The notes under the pieces were generated by a model. That model saw nothing but the letters and a program-made list of their open reading frames with translations, had not been told where the DNA came from and searched no databases. From the IMG/VR virus record IMGVR_UViG_3300003937_000343, positions 6,693-70,692 of that record: 64,000 bases of DNA; one strand, given 5' to 3'. The stretch comes from a virus. This document shows, piece after piece, positions 21,171 through 31,232 of the stretch. A program made the translations under genes and the position numbers. Position 1 is the first letter of the stretch, and every line of letters begins with the position of its first letter.

Positions 21171-22050
21171 AGTAATAGGTTTTGGAGATAGTTTTACTGC
21201 AGGTGAGGGGTGGAATTCAAACGAGGAATTAAGAATTATTAATAAAGATGATTCTATGTGGATAGACACAAGAATATCAACACCATCTGGAAAAGAGTGG
21301 TTAGTTTCTATTAAAGAACAACGAGATAAGTATAAGGAGTGGGAATTACCATTTCATTTAGCTAATGTTAAACATCCAAAAAATTTCCAATTAAATTTAC
21401 CAAAACTTTTAGAATTAAGTAGAAGACATTCTTGGGTAAGACATTTAGCAGATAGTTTTGGAGTAGAATGGGAAAACTTTGGTTTGAGTGGTGAAAACAA
21501 TTATAATATACTCAATACTATTTTTAAAAATAAATTACTTCTTAATGAAAATAGTTTAGTTGTTATAATGTGGAGTTCTTCATTAAGAGAGAAACTTCAT
21601 TTTTTTCCTAAAGAAGAACAAGATTTTTTATTTTGGAGTAAAGATTTATTAGAAAAACAACCAGAAAGATTTATTGATAGTGGTGATGGATTTTGGAAAG
21701 AATATAGAAAATATTTTTTAGTTAATTTATACGATGAAGATTATTTTGAATATTTACAGTTAAATTATATTGAATTACTTTCAAAGTGGTTCGAGTGGAA
21801 TAACATACCTTATGTTATGTGTAATGCATTTGAATCAATTATACCAAATAAAAGAAAATTTAAAAATTACTACAAACAAAATAGTTCTTTGTTTGAAGAC
21901 TTGAGAAAAACAAATAAAACAGATATATGGCAAGATGAAACAACAGAAGTTCCTAAATATCATTCTTATTCACACCATCCTAATGAAAAGGGATATATGA
22001 TAATATCTGATTTATTGAAAAACTTTATAGAAGAGAATAATATTTTATGA
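21157..22050 (+). CDS. SGNH/GDSL-like hydrolase or acyltransferase
   Basis: FGDSFTAG, NFGLSGENN, HHPNEKG. Confidence 0.65.
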   Translation: MIINKVIGFGDSFTAGEGWNSNEELRIINKDDSMWIDTRISTPSGKEWLVSIKEQRDKYKEWELPFHLANVKHPKNFQLNLPKLLELSRRHSWVRHLADSFGVEWENFGLSGENNYNILNTIFKNKLLLNENSLVVIMWSSSLREKLHFFPKEEQDFLFWSKDLLEKQPERFIDSGDGFWKEYRKYFLVNLYDEDYFEYLQLNYIELLSKWFEWNNIPYVMCNAFESIIPNKRKFKNYYKQNSSLFEDLRKTNKTDIWQDETTEVPKYHSYSHHPNEKGYMIISDLLKNFIEENNIL

Positions 22051-23129
22051 TAGAAACATATCTTTATAATGAAGAAGATCCAAAATTTACATTGAAAAGA
22101 TATTTTCATCGCGGATATCATATTCATGAGGATAATCGATATGATAATATACATAGGTATTTAAAAAAGTATAAAGACACTAAACAGAAAGTTTGTTTAA
22201 TTATAAATGATTCTTATATTTTACCTTGTATGGAGTTGATTTTTAGAGAAAAATTAACATCTAAATATGAGCATATTATCGTTTATATGCCTGAGGCCTA
22301 TTGGGATACTTTTAATGATTCTAAAACCTTACAGAATAAAATTGATAAAATAGATGATAGCGAAAAAATAACAATTATATTTAATTTTTTTTGTGATAGT
22401 CCATTTGATTTAAAAAATATAAATTATATAACAACAGTTGGGTGTTTTGGTTCAATAACAAAACTTTATTTAAATAGGTATAAATTTAAGTCTTTAAAAG
22501 AGAATTATAATAATATAAAATATAATGTTATATCTAAATTTGGTAGACCAAGTGGAGAAAAATTATTCGTATATGAAAAAGTTAAAGATTTTGATAACTT
22601 TATTTATAGTATAAATTCTGCAGATAAAGTTAGTTATTCGGATGTAGGTAATAATGTAGTAGTAAAAAAATTCCCATCAGAAATAAATGCTAAGAGAAAT
22701 TTTAGATCAACAACATTACCAATGGAAGATTTTCAATCTGCATCTGAAATTGTAGTTGAGACAAGATTTTCAACATTTGAAGATGGTAAAAGGTTAGTTA
22801 CCAATACAGAAAAAACTTTAAAGGGATTTATGTTTAAACGGCCTTTATTTTTATTTGCACAACCAGAATCATATCCATATTTAAAACAATATGGATTTAA
22901 ATTTCCTAAATTCTTCGGATATGATAGTGGTAATGCAACACTATATAGGGGAGAATTAAAAACGGAACTTTTTAATATGATTGAAAAAGTTTGTAATATG
23001 AATACATCAGATTTATTAGATATGTTTATTGCGGAAGAAGATGTGTGGGAACATAATTATGATAATTTACATTCTTTTATAGAGTTACATGATAGTAGGA
23101 TAGAAAATGTTTTTAAAAAAGTGGTATAA
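22047..23129 (+). CDS. Putative glycosyltransferase-like protein (ET...TEK..K..P family)
   Basis: IVVETRF...TEKTLKGFMFKRPLF...LKQYGFK...EHNY pattern shared with three paralogues. Confidence 0.45.
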   Translation: MIETYLYNEEDPKFTLKRYFHRGYHIHEDNRYDNIHRYLKKYKDTKQKVCLIINDSYILPCMELIFREKLTSKYEHIIVYMPEAYWDTFNDSKTLQNKIDKIDDSEKITIIFNFFCDSPFDLKNINYITTVGCFGSITKLYLNRYKFKSLKENYNNIKYNVISKFGRPSGEKLFVYEKVKDFDNFIYSINSADKVSYSDVGNNVVVKKFPSEINAKRNFRSTTLPMEDFQSASEIVVETRFSTFEDGKRLVTNTEKTLKGFMFKRPLFLFAQPESYPYLKQYGFKFPKFFGYDSGNATLYRGELKTELFNMIEKVCNMNTSDLLDMFIAEEDVWEHNYDNLHSFIELHDSRIENVFKKVV

Positions 23130-23143
23130 AATGTGTAGTATAG

Positions 23144-23152
23144 TATATTTAT
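23144..23152 (+). promoter_or_regulatory. Putative late promoter TATATTTAT
   Basis: Recurrent motif immediately upstream of the structured leader. Confidence 0.5.
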
Positions 23153-23156
23153 ATAT

Positions 23157-23291
23157 GAAGTCTTGTAGAGATAACACGGGTAACCAATCCTGAAAGTCCA
23201 AACCCTCTACAATGTAGACTATAAACATGGGTGGCATTTAAGTAGTTTTATTATACTAAATGCCTCTAATTAACTTGGAGGCTTTTTTTTT
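23157..23291 (+). ncRNA. Candidate structured cis-regulatory leader (attenuator/riboswitch-like)
   Basis: Stems TTGTAGAG(23163-70)/CTCTACAA(23205-12) and GGCATTTA(23233-40)/TAAATGCC(23257-64); the second overlaps a terminator stem. Confidence 0.5.
23262..23291 (+). terminator. Intrinsic terminator-like hairpin that also sequesters the rmlC SD
   Basis: GCCTCTAA-TTAAC-TTGGAGGC followed by 9 T and then ATG 23292; GGAGG lies in the 3' arm. Confidence 0.65.
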
Positions 23292-23795
23292 ATGTTCAAA
23301 AGTAACATAACACAGTCAGATATATTACCAGAGGTAAGGGTTTTTGAACCAAAACCATTTCACGACTATCGTGGTGAGATGTGGTCATTTTGGGAATCAA
23401 CATACGACACTCCAAAAGAAAAAATATCTAAATTTACTCGTTCTCGTAAGAATGTACTACGAGGATTACATGGCGATGATGTAACATGGAAACATATTAG
23501 TTGTGTGTGGGGTGAAATATATTTAGTTGTTGTGGATTATAGAGAAGATAGCCCAAATTATTTAAAGTGGGATAGTTTTTTAATATCAGATAGAAATCAT
23601 AAAAGTGTTTTAGTTCCACCAAGTTTTTTAAATGGACATTTATGTTTATCAGACGAATGTTTATTTCATTATACACAATCTTATCCAAAAAAATATATTG
23701 ATGCACCAGAGCAAATTTCAGTCAAATGGAACGACCCAATGTTAAAAATAGATTGGCCAATAGATAATCCAATATTAAGTGGGAGAGACAAATGA
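23292..23795 (+). CDS. rfbC: dTDP-4-dehydrorhamnose 3,5-epimerase family protein
   Basis: FHDYRG, SRKNVLRGLH, VVVDYREDSPNY, NGHLCLS, WNDP..IDWP...PILSGRD. Confidence 0.85.
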   Translation: MFKSNITQSDILPEVRVFEPKPFHDYRGEMWSFWESTYDTPKEKISKFTRSRKNVLRGLHGDDVTWKHISCVWGEIYLVVVDYREDSPNYLKWDSFLISDRNHKSVLVPPSFLNGHLCLSDECLFHYTQSYPKKYIDAPEQISVKWNDPMLKIDWPIDNPILSGRDK

Positions 23796-24211
23796 GTAAA
23801 GAAAGAAAATATTTACCAACAATAGAAGATTTAATTGATAGATTATCAATTTTTCAATTGAAAGAAGTTAAGATACCAGAACATAAAGAAAAGTATGCAA
23901 AAGATATACATGATATATTGAATGATATTGATATAATCTTAGATGAGAGTCCTGGTAAAGTTGATGCTAAATTACTTAGAGCAGTAATTGTATTAGCACA
24001 AATGAATGCACACATTTGGTATAATGAATCAGATGTAAGAAATGGTGTAAAGGGTAGTGATAATTTATTATTAACTCATGGGTTAAATGGAATTAGAAAT
24101 ACAGCAAAGAATTTTATTACTGATATCTTGGGTGGTAGAAAAGACCACAAGATAGATTGTTTAGCATCAGATTTCAAAGATTGGGAAGTAAGTTGGGAAG
24201 ATGAAGTTTAA
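23792..24211 (+). CDS. Hypothetical helical protein of the sugar cluster
   Basis: ORF with ATGA overlap; LIDRLSIFQLKE. Confidence 0.6.
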   Translation: MSKERKYLPTIEDLIDRLSIFQLKEVKIPEHKEKYAKDIHDILNDIDIILDESPGKVDAKLLRAVIVLAQMNAHIWYNESDVRNGVKGSDNLLLTHGLNGIRNTAKNFITDILGGRKDHKIDCLASDFKDWEVSWEDEV

Positions 24212-24413
24212 AGAAACAAGAGCTCGTTCTATACGAAAATCAATTGGTTGGAGAGTGATAGCATTCAGTAATTCTTGGGTGGTTTTATCATTTGGATTAA
24301 CAGAAAAAGCATTTTGGAATGCTGTAATAATGAATCTTACAGGTATAGTTTTTTTCTATCTATACGAAAGATTTTGGAATAAAATAGATAGTGGGAAGTA
24401 TAATGAAATATAA
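24201..24413 (+). CDS. Small membrane protein (DUF2061-like)
   Basis: ETRARSIRKSIGWRVIA...FYLYERFWNKI. Confidence 0.65.
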   Translation: MKFKETRARSIRKSIGWRVIAFSNSWVVLSFGLTEKAFWNAVIMNLTGIVFFYLYERFWNKIDSGKYNEI

Positions 24414-24424
24414 TAAAATTTGGA

Positions 24425-25360
24425 ATGAGTTCTATGAGGGTTATGGAAAAATATGATATTCAAAAAGGTTTTGATAAAGAGGGTTATATGATGAAAGGTT
24501 CGAGACCAATACCAGACAAACAATCTTATGAATTCATTAGAGATAATATAAATGGTAATTGTTTATATAAACCAAATTTAATTCAAGATTATTGTAATAT
24601 ATATTCAGAGTGGATACTATCATCTAAATTAAATAAGTTACATAATCTTGATAAATTTAAATCTAAAAAATTTGTACATGGTACTTCACAATCATTTGAT
24701 TTTTTTTATTTAATGAATCACAAGAAAAGATTTAGAATATTTAAAGGTGATTTTATGTATCATCAAATTATGTTTAGAAGTGGGTATGATTGGAAATATA
24801 TTGATGAGGAAGAAATTAAAAAAGATGATGTTGTAATATTTTCAGTTCCATTTTCAGATTTTGGTGATTTACATCCACAAACAGATATAGTATTAGATAG
24901 GTGTGATGAGTTAGGAGTTCCTGTTTTTATAGATTGTGCTTATATGGTTATGTCTCGTGATATAGAATTTGATTTTGATAGGAAATGTATTGTGGGAATT
25001 GCTTTTAGTTTAAGTAAAGGATTTTATGGAGCAGAACATTTACGAGTAGGTATACGATTTACAAGAGAAGATATAGATGATCCCGTAGATGTTTTTAATA
25101 GTTATGAAATGGTAAGCTATATTTCGTGTGATATTGGAATAAAATTATTTCAGAATTTTGAAACAGATTATATACAAAATAAATACCATGAAAAACAAAT
25201 ACAAGTATGTAGTGATTTGTTTATAGAACCAACCAATTGTGTAATATTTGGGATAACAGATGAAACACATTTAAAATTTGGTGATTATGATAGAGGAACA
25301 AGACGGCGAAGAGTTTGTATATCTAATTTAATAGGTGATATGAACCCATTAAAGATATGA
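24425..25360 (+). CDS. PLP-dependent aminotransferase-like protein (start uncertain, possibly 24443)
   Basis: GTSQSF, VFIDCAY, FSLSKGF...LRVG (fold type I Asp and Lys motifs). Confidence 0.65.
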   Translation: MSSMRVMEKYDIQKGFDKEGYMMKGSRPIPDKQSYEFIRDNINGNCLYKPNLIQDYCNIYSEWILSSKLNKLHNLDKFKSKKFVHGTSQSFDFFYLMNHKKRFRIFKGDFMYHQIMFRSGYDWKYIDEEEIKKDDVVIFSVPFSDFGDLHPQTDIVLDRCDELGVPVFIDCAYMVMSRDIEFDFDRKCIVGIAFSLSKGFYGAEHLRVGIRFTREDIDDPVDVFNSYEMVSYISCDIGIKLFQNFETDYIQNKYHEKQIQVCSDLFIEPTNCVIFGITDETHLKFGDYDRGTRRRRVCISNLIGDMNPLKI

Positions 25361-26079
25361 GTAAATTACATATATTTGGTTGTTCACATTGTTACCCATC
25401 ATGCGGCAGTAACAATTTTTGGGGAACTTTGTTAGCAGAAAAATTAAATTTGACTTTATGTTATAAAGTTGGAATTGTGTCTCGTGGGGCTAATTCTATT
25501 TTATTGGATTTACAAAAAAGAATTTTACTTGGAGAAATAAATAGGGGAGATGTGGCTATATGGAATACATCTTATTGTTTAAGAACAGATATTGTTGAAC
25601 TTAATGGAGAAATACATGGAGAACAGTATCCAGTAAAGTATATTCCGAAAAGATTTTGGAAACCTACTAACTTACTTTTTAATAAATGGTATTTACAAAC
25701 TGCTATGGGATATGAATTATTAAAATTAAAAGGAATAGAAACATATCAATGGGTTTTAGACCCTTTAAAAACTTTACAAAATATGCAACATAGGTTTGGA
25801 TCCTCAAATATAAATGGGTCGTATACAACTGATTCAATATCAAAATTGGAAACGACAATACCAGCGGAACAAAAGTATATTAATAAATGGGAAAATTTAA
25901 TACAACTTCCACTTTCTGAACATAAAGAAATTGATTGTTGGTCAAAATGGATTGAAGCACATAGTCTTAATCCAGATGATTTGCATTTAGATAAAAGTGG
26001 GCATTTAAAATTTACAAATATATTTTATGATCAGATAGTGAAATATAGAGAGAAAAATAATGATAAAAAATTTAGATAA
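25357..26079 (+). CDS. SGNH-like protein
   Basis: IFGCSH...DDLHLDKSGH. Confidence 0.5.
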   Translation: MSKLHIFGCSHCYPSCGSNNFWGTLLAEKLNLTLCYKVGIVSRGANSILLDLQKRILLGEINRGDVAIWNTSYCLRTDIVELNGEIHGEQYPVKYIPKRFWKPTNLLFNKWYLQTAMGYELLKLKGIETYQWVLDPLKTLQNMQHRFGSSNINGSYTTDSISKLETTIPAEQKYINKWENLIQLPLSEHKEIDCWSKWIEAHSLNPDDLHLDKSGHLKFTNIFYDQIVKYREKNNDKKFR

Positions 26080-26689
26080 ATATAAAAAGGTACGAGATGT
26101 TAACTTAACTATTGATAATTTAATTGATTTTGAAAGTGATATAGTTAAACATTGGGAAGGTGGAGATATTCATGCTCCAGTACATCTATCAAATGGAAAT
26201 GAAGAACAAGTGATTGAAATATTTTCTCGTATTAGTTATGATGATCATATTTTTTCAACCTGGCGTTCACATTATCATGCATTGTGTCATGGTATATCTC
26301 CTGTTTGGGTGAAGAATGAAGTTTTAGAGGGAAGGTCTATTACAATTTGTAATCTTGACCACAATTTTTATTCATCAGCAATCGTTACGGGTATATTACC
26401 AATCGCTCTCGGAACTGCCATTGGATTAAAGAAACAAAAATCAAAACAAAAAGTGTGGTGTTTTGTTGGTGATATGACTTTTGAAACAGGTATTTTTTAT
26501 GAGTGTCATAAATATGCACGAAATTTTGATTTACCTTTATATTTTGTGGTTGAGGATAACGGAGTTTCCACACAAACACCAACGAAGGCAACTTGGAATA
26601 AAAAAAGAGATATACCAGATGATGTAATTTATTATAATTATGAATCTAAATATCCACACTACGGGACGGGCAAATGGGTAATATTTTAA
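26060..26689 (+). CDS. TPP-dependent enzyme, E1-alpha-like subunit
   Basis: HLSNGNEE, STWRSHYH, VGDMTFETG...EDN TPP-binding motif. Confidence 0.8.
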   Translation: MIKNLDKYKKVRDVNLTIDNLIDFESDIVKHWEGGDIHAPVHLSNGNEEQVIEIFSRISYDDHIFSTWRSHYHALCHGISPVWVKNEVLEGRSITICNLDHNFYSSAIVTGILPIALGTAIGLKKQKSKQKVWCFVGDMTFETGIFYECHKYARNFDLPLYFVVEDNGVSTQTPTKATWNKKRDIPDDVIYYNYESKYPHYGTGKWVIF

Positions 26690-28002
26690 ATTTTATTTTT
26701 GAAGATATAAAAAATCCGAATGGATATGGTACACGCGAATGGCAAGCTTCCGCTATATACAATTGGATTAAAGATAGATTAATTCATCACAATTTATCTA
26801 TAAATAATAATATTGCATGTACATCAAATTATGAAATAAGAGAAGATTGTAATAATATATTTTTATTGGAATGCACTCATGAATTGAGAGATTTGTGGTG
26901 TACAGAAAGAGTTTCAACTTCTAAAACAATATATAATACTTTTCCTGATAAGTTTAAAAAATTAATACAAAGTGGTAAAGTAAAATTATTAATAGCTTGC
27001 GTATCAGAAGCAACTACAAATTTGGATCACTTTGAGGTTGAAGTTGAAAAATTTTGTAAAGTTCATTCTATTCCAATTGATTCTTTACTTTTTACTGATG
27101 GAAATATGTTAATTGAAAAATGTAAAAAAATAAAAGGATTTTATACACCACATTTTATTTATGATTGTTCTGCTAATATATCACAGTTAATTAAAAAGAG
27201 AATTAAGTTTTATGAATTTAGTCCAACACTTCCAACTATTAGTGAATCTGAAAATAAATTAGATAGGGATTATTACTTTTTAAGTTTGAATAAAAATTGG
27301 AGAGATCATAGAGCTTTATTAGGATGTTATTTTATAGAAAAAAATGATGATAGAATTTTGTGGAGTTTTTGTTGTAGACAAGGTGAACATATTGATACTC
27401 AATTATTACCCAGACATAAATTATTATATAATAATAATGTGAGAGAGTTGAATAGACTGATACCAAAATTAATAATACCACGAGAAATAGAGAAATTGGA
27501 AGAGTTGAAGAAAATTCCAGATGTTACTCAAAGGTATCTTATAGATAAAGTATCTGATTTTGCACATTCATATCTTGGTTCACATGATAGGGAATTATAT
27601 TTAAATTCTTATTTTCAAATTGTAACAGAAACCGAATTCCCAAATAGTGGTACTATTTTCTTTACAGAAAAAATTATGAAACCATTAATGAATTTACAAC
27701 CATTTATAGTTATAACTTCAAGTGGATTTATAAAATCACTTAAATCATTGGGATTCAAAACATATGATGGATTATTTGATGAAAGTTATGATGATATTGA
27801 AAATAGGTGGGAGAGATTTGATTTTATAATAAAAGAGATTGATAAAATTTTATCAAAATCTCCAGAAGAAGTGCGAGATTTATATGAAAAATATTTTGAA
27901 ATTTGTGTTTATAATAGAAATCATTTAATACAAAATTTTAATTTAGGTCATTCAAAACATTATGATAAATTATGTGAAGAAATTTTAGGAGAAATACAAT
28001 GA
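26674..28002 (+). CDS. Putative glycosyltransferase-like protein (TEK..KP family)
   Basis: FLSLNK..RDHR, IVTETEF...FTEKIMKP...QPFI...LKSLGFKTY...FDESYD. Confidence 0.5.
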   Translation: MGNILNFIFEDIKNPNGYGTREWQASAIYNWIKDRLIHHNLSINNNIACTSNYEIREDCNNIFLLECTHELRDLWCTERVSTSKTIYNTFPDKFKKLIQSGKVKLLIACVSEATTNLDHFEVEVEKFCKVHSIPIDSLLFTDGNMLIEKCKKIKGFYTPHFIYDCSANISQLIKKRIKFYEFSPTLPTISESENKLDRDYYFLSLNKNWRDHRALLGCYFIEKNDDRILWSFCCRQGEHIDTQLLPRHKLLYNNNVRELNRLIPKLIIPREIEKLEELKKIPDVTQRYLIDKVSDFAHSYLGSHDRELYLNSYFQIVTETEFPNSGTIFFTEKIMKPLMNLQPFIVITSSGFIKSLKSLGFKTYDGLFDESYDDIENRWERFDFIIKEIDKILSKSPEEVRDLYEKYFEICVYNRNHLIQNFNLGHSKHYDKLCEEILGEIQ

Positions 28003-28943
28003 GTAAAAAAGTATTAATTACAGGTGCAGTTGGTATGGTAGGACAGTATCTTGTTAAGAAATGTGTTGATAGGGGATATTTTGTTAGAGCAACTGATATT
28101 AGAGATAATGATGTATTTGCAAATATTTGTAAAAGTCATCACGGACAATTTGAGTTTGTAAAAGCAGACTTGAGAAATTTTAGTGAGAGTAAAGAAGTAG
28201 TAAAGGATATGGATGTAGTATTTCATGTTGCAGGAGTTAAAGGTTCACCAAAAAGAGCTATGGAACAACCAAATGATTACTTCACACCAATTTTACAATT
28301 TAATACTAATATGATGGAAGCTGCAAGGTTAGAAGAAGTTGAGTGGTATGTTTATACAAGTACAAATGGAGTTTATGCACCAGCGGATAGAATGAGAGAA
28401 GATGATGTGTGGAAATCATTTCCATCCGATAATGATAAATTTGCAGGATGGGCAAAGAGGATAGGAGAACTACAGGCAGAATGTTATAAAGTACATTATG
28501 GATTAGAAAATATTTCTATTGTTAGGCCCGCTAATATTTATGGTAGAGGTGATAACTTTGGTAAAGATTCTATGGTAATTCCATCAATCATAAAAAGAAT
28601 ATGTGATGGGGAGAATCCATTAGTATGTTGGGGTGATGGTACACCAACAAGAGATTTTATTCATGCAAGTGATATTGCCGATGGAATGTTATTATGTTAT
28701 GATAAAAAAATAACAGAACCTATTAATTTAGGAAGTGGTAATGGATTTACAATTAAAAAATTAGTAGAAACTATTGCAGAAGTTTATGGAAAAGATGTTC
28801 CAATTGAATGGGATTCAACTAAACCAAATGGTGATCCTATTAGATTGATGGATACTACAAGAGCTAATGGTTATGGGTTTTATACAAAAGTAAAATTGCG
28901 AGATGGAATTAAAGAAGTTATGGAGTATTATAATGAAAAATAA
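27999..28943 (+). CDS. NAD-dependent epimerase/dehydratase (GDP-sugar epimerase-like)
   Basis: LITGAVGMVG, RPANIYG, WGDGTPTRDFIH. Confidence 0.85.
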   Translation: MSKKVLITGAVGMVGQYLVKKCVDRGYFVRATDIRDNDVFANICKSHHGQFEFVKADLRNFSESKEVVKDMDVVFHVAGVKGSPKRAMEQPNDYFTPILQFNTNMMEAARLEEVEWYVYTSTNGVYAPADRMREDDVWKSFPSDNDKFAGWAKRIGELQAECYKVHYGLENISIVRPANIYGRGDNFGKDSMVIPSIIKRICDGENPLVCWGDGTPTRDFIHASDIADGMLLCYDKKITEPINLGSGNGFTIKKLVETIAEVYGKDVPIEWDSTKPNGDPIRLMDTTRANGYGFYTKVKLRDGIKEVMEYYNEK

Positions 28944-29775
28944 GGCTTATTTTTATGGAAGTTCATTTACTTGGGGGCATGGATTATGGTTATTTGATTT
29001 TGATGGATATCATAAAGAAATTTTTAATAGACCCGATTTTGATTGGAATAACATATTATTGCCTCGTTTGGATATATGGGAATCTGATATAAAACACTTC
29101 GATCCCCGCGGTGGAGAACGGGGACATTCGAGAGAATGGAAATCAAGAAAGTTTGGCAGGGAGAATAGAGTTTCTAAATTACTTTCTAATCATTATGGGT
29201 TAGAGGAAGTAAATAGGGCTAAATCTGGAGGACTCATAGCAGAAACCGTAATAATGATGAATGAAGAAAAAAATTGGGAAAATGTAGGACTTCTATCTAT
29301 TGAGTTTTATGGAGTTGGAAGATATAAATCTGTAACAACATCCGCTAGCGAAACGGTAACACTAACACCTACAGAGATTGAGGATTATATCGAGAATTCA
29401 GAGGATGATTATTGGCCAGAAATATTAAAAAATTGGGTGATTAATTTTGATTATGATTTTGAACTTAAAACTCAATTACAAAAATTAGAAGAACAATTAG
29501 AGAAAATGGAAAAATTTAATATACCAACTGTTATACATTTTTGGGAGTCTTATGATATAGTAGATATAAAAAATATAATATTAGATTATCCATTAGTAGA
29601 TAAATATACTATGAATAAAGATGAGAGCATTAAAGAATGGGCAAAAAATAGATATCAAATTCATGATGAACATCCATACTATAATAAAAGTATAGGTAAA
29701 AGAGATGAACACTTGGGAGTAAAAGGACATAAAGAATTATTTAAAAGAATTAAAAATTATTTAGGAGAAATTTGA
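28933..29775 (+). CDS. SGNH-like protein
   Basis: FYGSSFTWG, NRAKSGG, DEHLGVKGH. Confidence 0.55.
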   Translation: MKNKAYFYGSSFTWGHGLWLFDFDGYHKEIFNRPDFDWNNILLPRLDIWESDIKHFDPRGGERGHSREWKSRKFGRENRVSKLLSNHYGLEEVNRAKSGGLIAETVIMMNEEKNWENVGLLSIEFYGVGRYKSVTTSASETVTLTPTEIEDYIENSEDDYWPEILKNWVINFDYDFELKTQLQKLEEQLEKMEKFNIPTVIHFWESYDIVDIKNIILDYPLVDKYTMNKDESIKEWAKNRYQIHDEHPYYNKSIGKRDEHLGVKGHKELFKRIKNYLGEI

Positions 29776-30728
29776 AGATGAAAAAAATATTATTGGGAGA
29801 AGGATGTAGTTGGACTGCTGGTTCTATTATTGATCCAAAATTAGAAGGAATTACTTCTGATGTTATGGATAGAAGGAATACAGATTACAGACTACCAAAA
29901 ATGTGGCCTGATAAATTGGGGAAGTTATTAAATGTGAGAGTTAAAAATGATGGTCATGCTGGATCATCAAATGATTCTATAGTTAGGCGTACAATAGAAA
30001 ATGTTTTAATTCTTTTAGAAGAATATAAACCTGAAAATATATTTGTTATAATAGGATGGACATCACCCGAAAGAAAAGATTTTTATTTTAAAGATTTGTT
30101 GAATACAAGAGATAGGGGCCATTGGAAGTCATTATACCCTGCCCAATTAATAGAAGATATTGAAAATATGGAGCATGTGGATTTGAAAAAATTTTTCACT
30201 CTATATACACAGTATTTTTGGAATGAGGAAGAATATTTAAGTCGGTATATTAATCAAAATATATTTTTACATTATTTTTTAGAACAACATAATGTAAGTC
30301 ATATATTTTATAATGGATTTTATGATAGGTTGGAGAATATCGAGTCTGAATTTAGTTTTGATGCTTCAAAAGGAGATTTAACTAAAAGACACATTCTTAA
30401 AGCTTTAACTACAGGTATTCATGGTGGGAATTCTCAGACTCCATATATGAAAAAAGCTGCAGAAGAATTTTTTAGAATTGAAAATAAAGTTTTTAAGGAT
30501 ATTACATTTAGGAAATTTATAATGGATATTGATATTAGAGAACTTGAAAAGAAGAAGGGGTTGAAACCTTTCGAGATGAGAAGAGAAGATCATAATGTTA
30601 GTAATTATGCAGAACAAAGTGATGATGATAAATTTTTATATGATGGCCATCCAAGTTCACTTGGGCATCAACTTTGGGCAGAAGAATTATATAAGGATAT
30701 TCCAGATGAATGGAAACAGGAGAAATAA
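29772..30728 (+). CDS. SGNH-like protein
   Basis: EGCSWTAG, NDGHAGSSN, IGWTSPER, DGHPSSLGH. Confidence 0.6.
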   Translation: MKMKKILLGEGCSWTAGSIIDPKLEGITSDVMDRRNTDYRLPKMWPDKLGKLLNVRVKNDGHAGSSNDSIVRRTIENVLILLEEYKPENIFVIIGWTSPERKDFYFKDLLNTRDRGHWKSLYPAQLIEDIENMEHVDLKKFFTLYTQYFWNEEEYLSRYINQNIFLHYFLEQHNVSHIFYNGFYDRLENIESEFSFDASKGDLTKRHILKALTTGIHGGNSQTPYMKKAAEEFFRIENKVFKDITFRKFIMDIDIRELEKKKGLKPFEMRREDHNVSNYAEQSDDDKFLYDGHPSSLGHQLWAEELYKDIPDEWKQEK

Positions 30729-30730
30729 TA

Positions 30731-31231
30731 ATGTATGAATTTTTAGGTAATTGGGATTTTGATTTTGAGATAAAGTATGATAATTTTAAGGAATGGAGAA
30801 ATCATAATGCCTCAAAAAATAGAGTGATTGATAAATACTCTCAAAAACAAATTGACTTAAAAATGCCAACAGAAATTATAAAGGCATTTAGGGAAGATTT
30901 TCCAGATTATATTGAAGAATATTTAGGAAAGTTTAATATGGATATAGTAAATTCTAATTTTCATATACAACGACCAGGAAATTTTGTTCCACCGCATGTT
31001 GACAATTATTTGTATTTAAAAGAGAATAAGGATACTAAAGGAGAACCGAATCGTATAATGGTGTTTATGAGTGATTGGAGTTTTGGACAAGTTTTTATGG
31101 TAGGAGATTCAATTATTACAAATTGGAAAAAAGGTGATGCATATATGATGGATGATTCAATATTACATATGACATCAAATGGTTCATATGAGGATAAATT
31201 AACTTTAATTATGACTGGATATAAGAAGTAA
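30731..31231 (+). CDS. Fe(II)/2OG oxygenase or cupin-like protein
   Basis: PGNFVPPHVD (HxD), WKKGD, LHMTSN. Confidence 0.6.
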   Translation: MYEFLGNWDFDFEIKYDNFKEWRNHNASKNRVIDKYSQKQIDLKMPTEIIKAFREDFPDYIEEYLGKFNMDIVNSNFHIQRPGNFVPPHVDNYLYLKENKDTKGEPNRIMVFMSDWSFGQVFMVGDSIITNWKKGDAYMMDDSILHMTSNGSYEDKLTLIMTGYKK

Positions 31232-31232
31232 G

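Noticed and set aside
23155-23217. Selenocysteine read-through of the TGA in the leader uORF
   Set aside because: Read-through gives only a 20-aa peptide with no redox motif, and no convincing SECIS follows.
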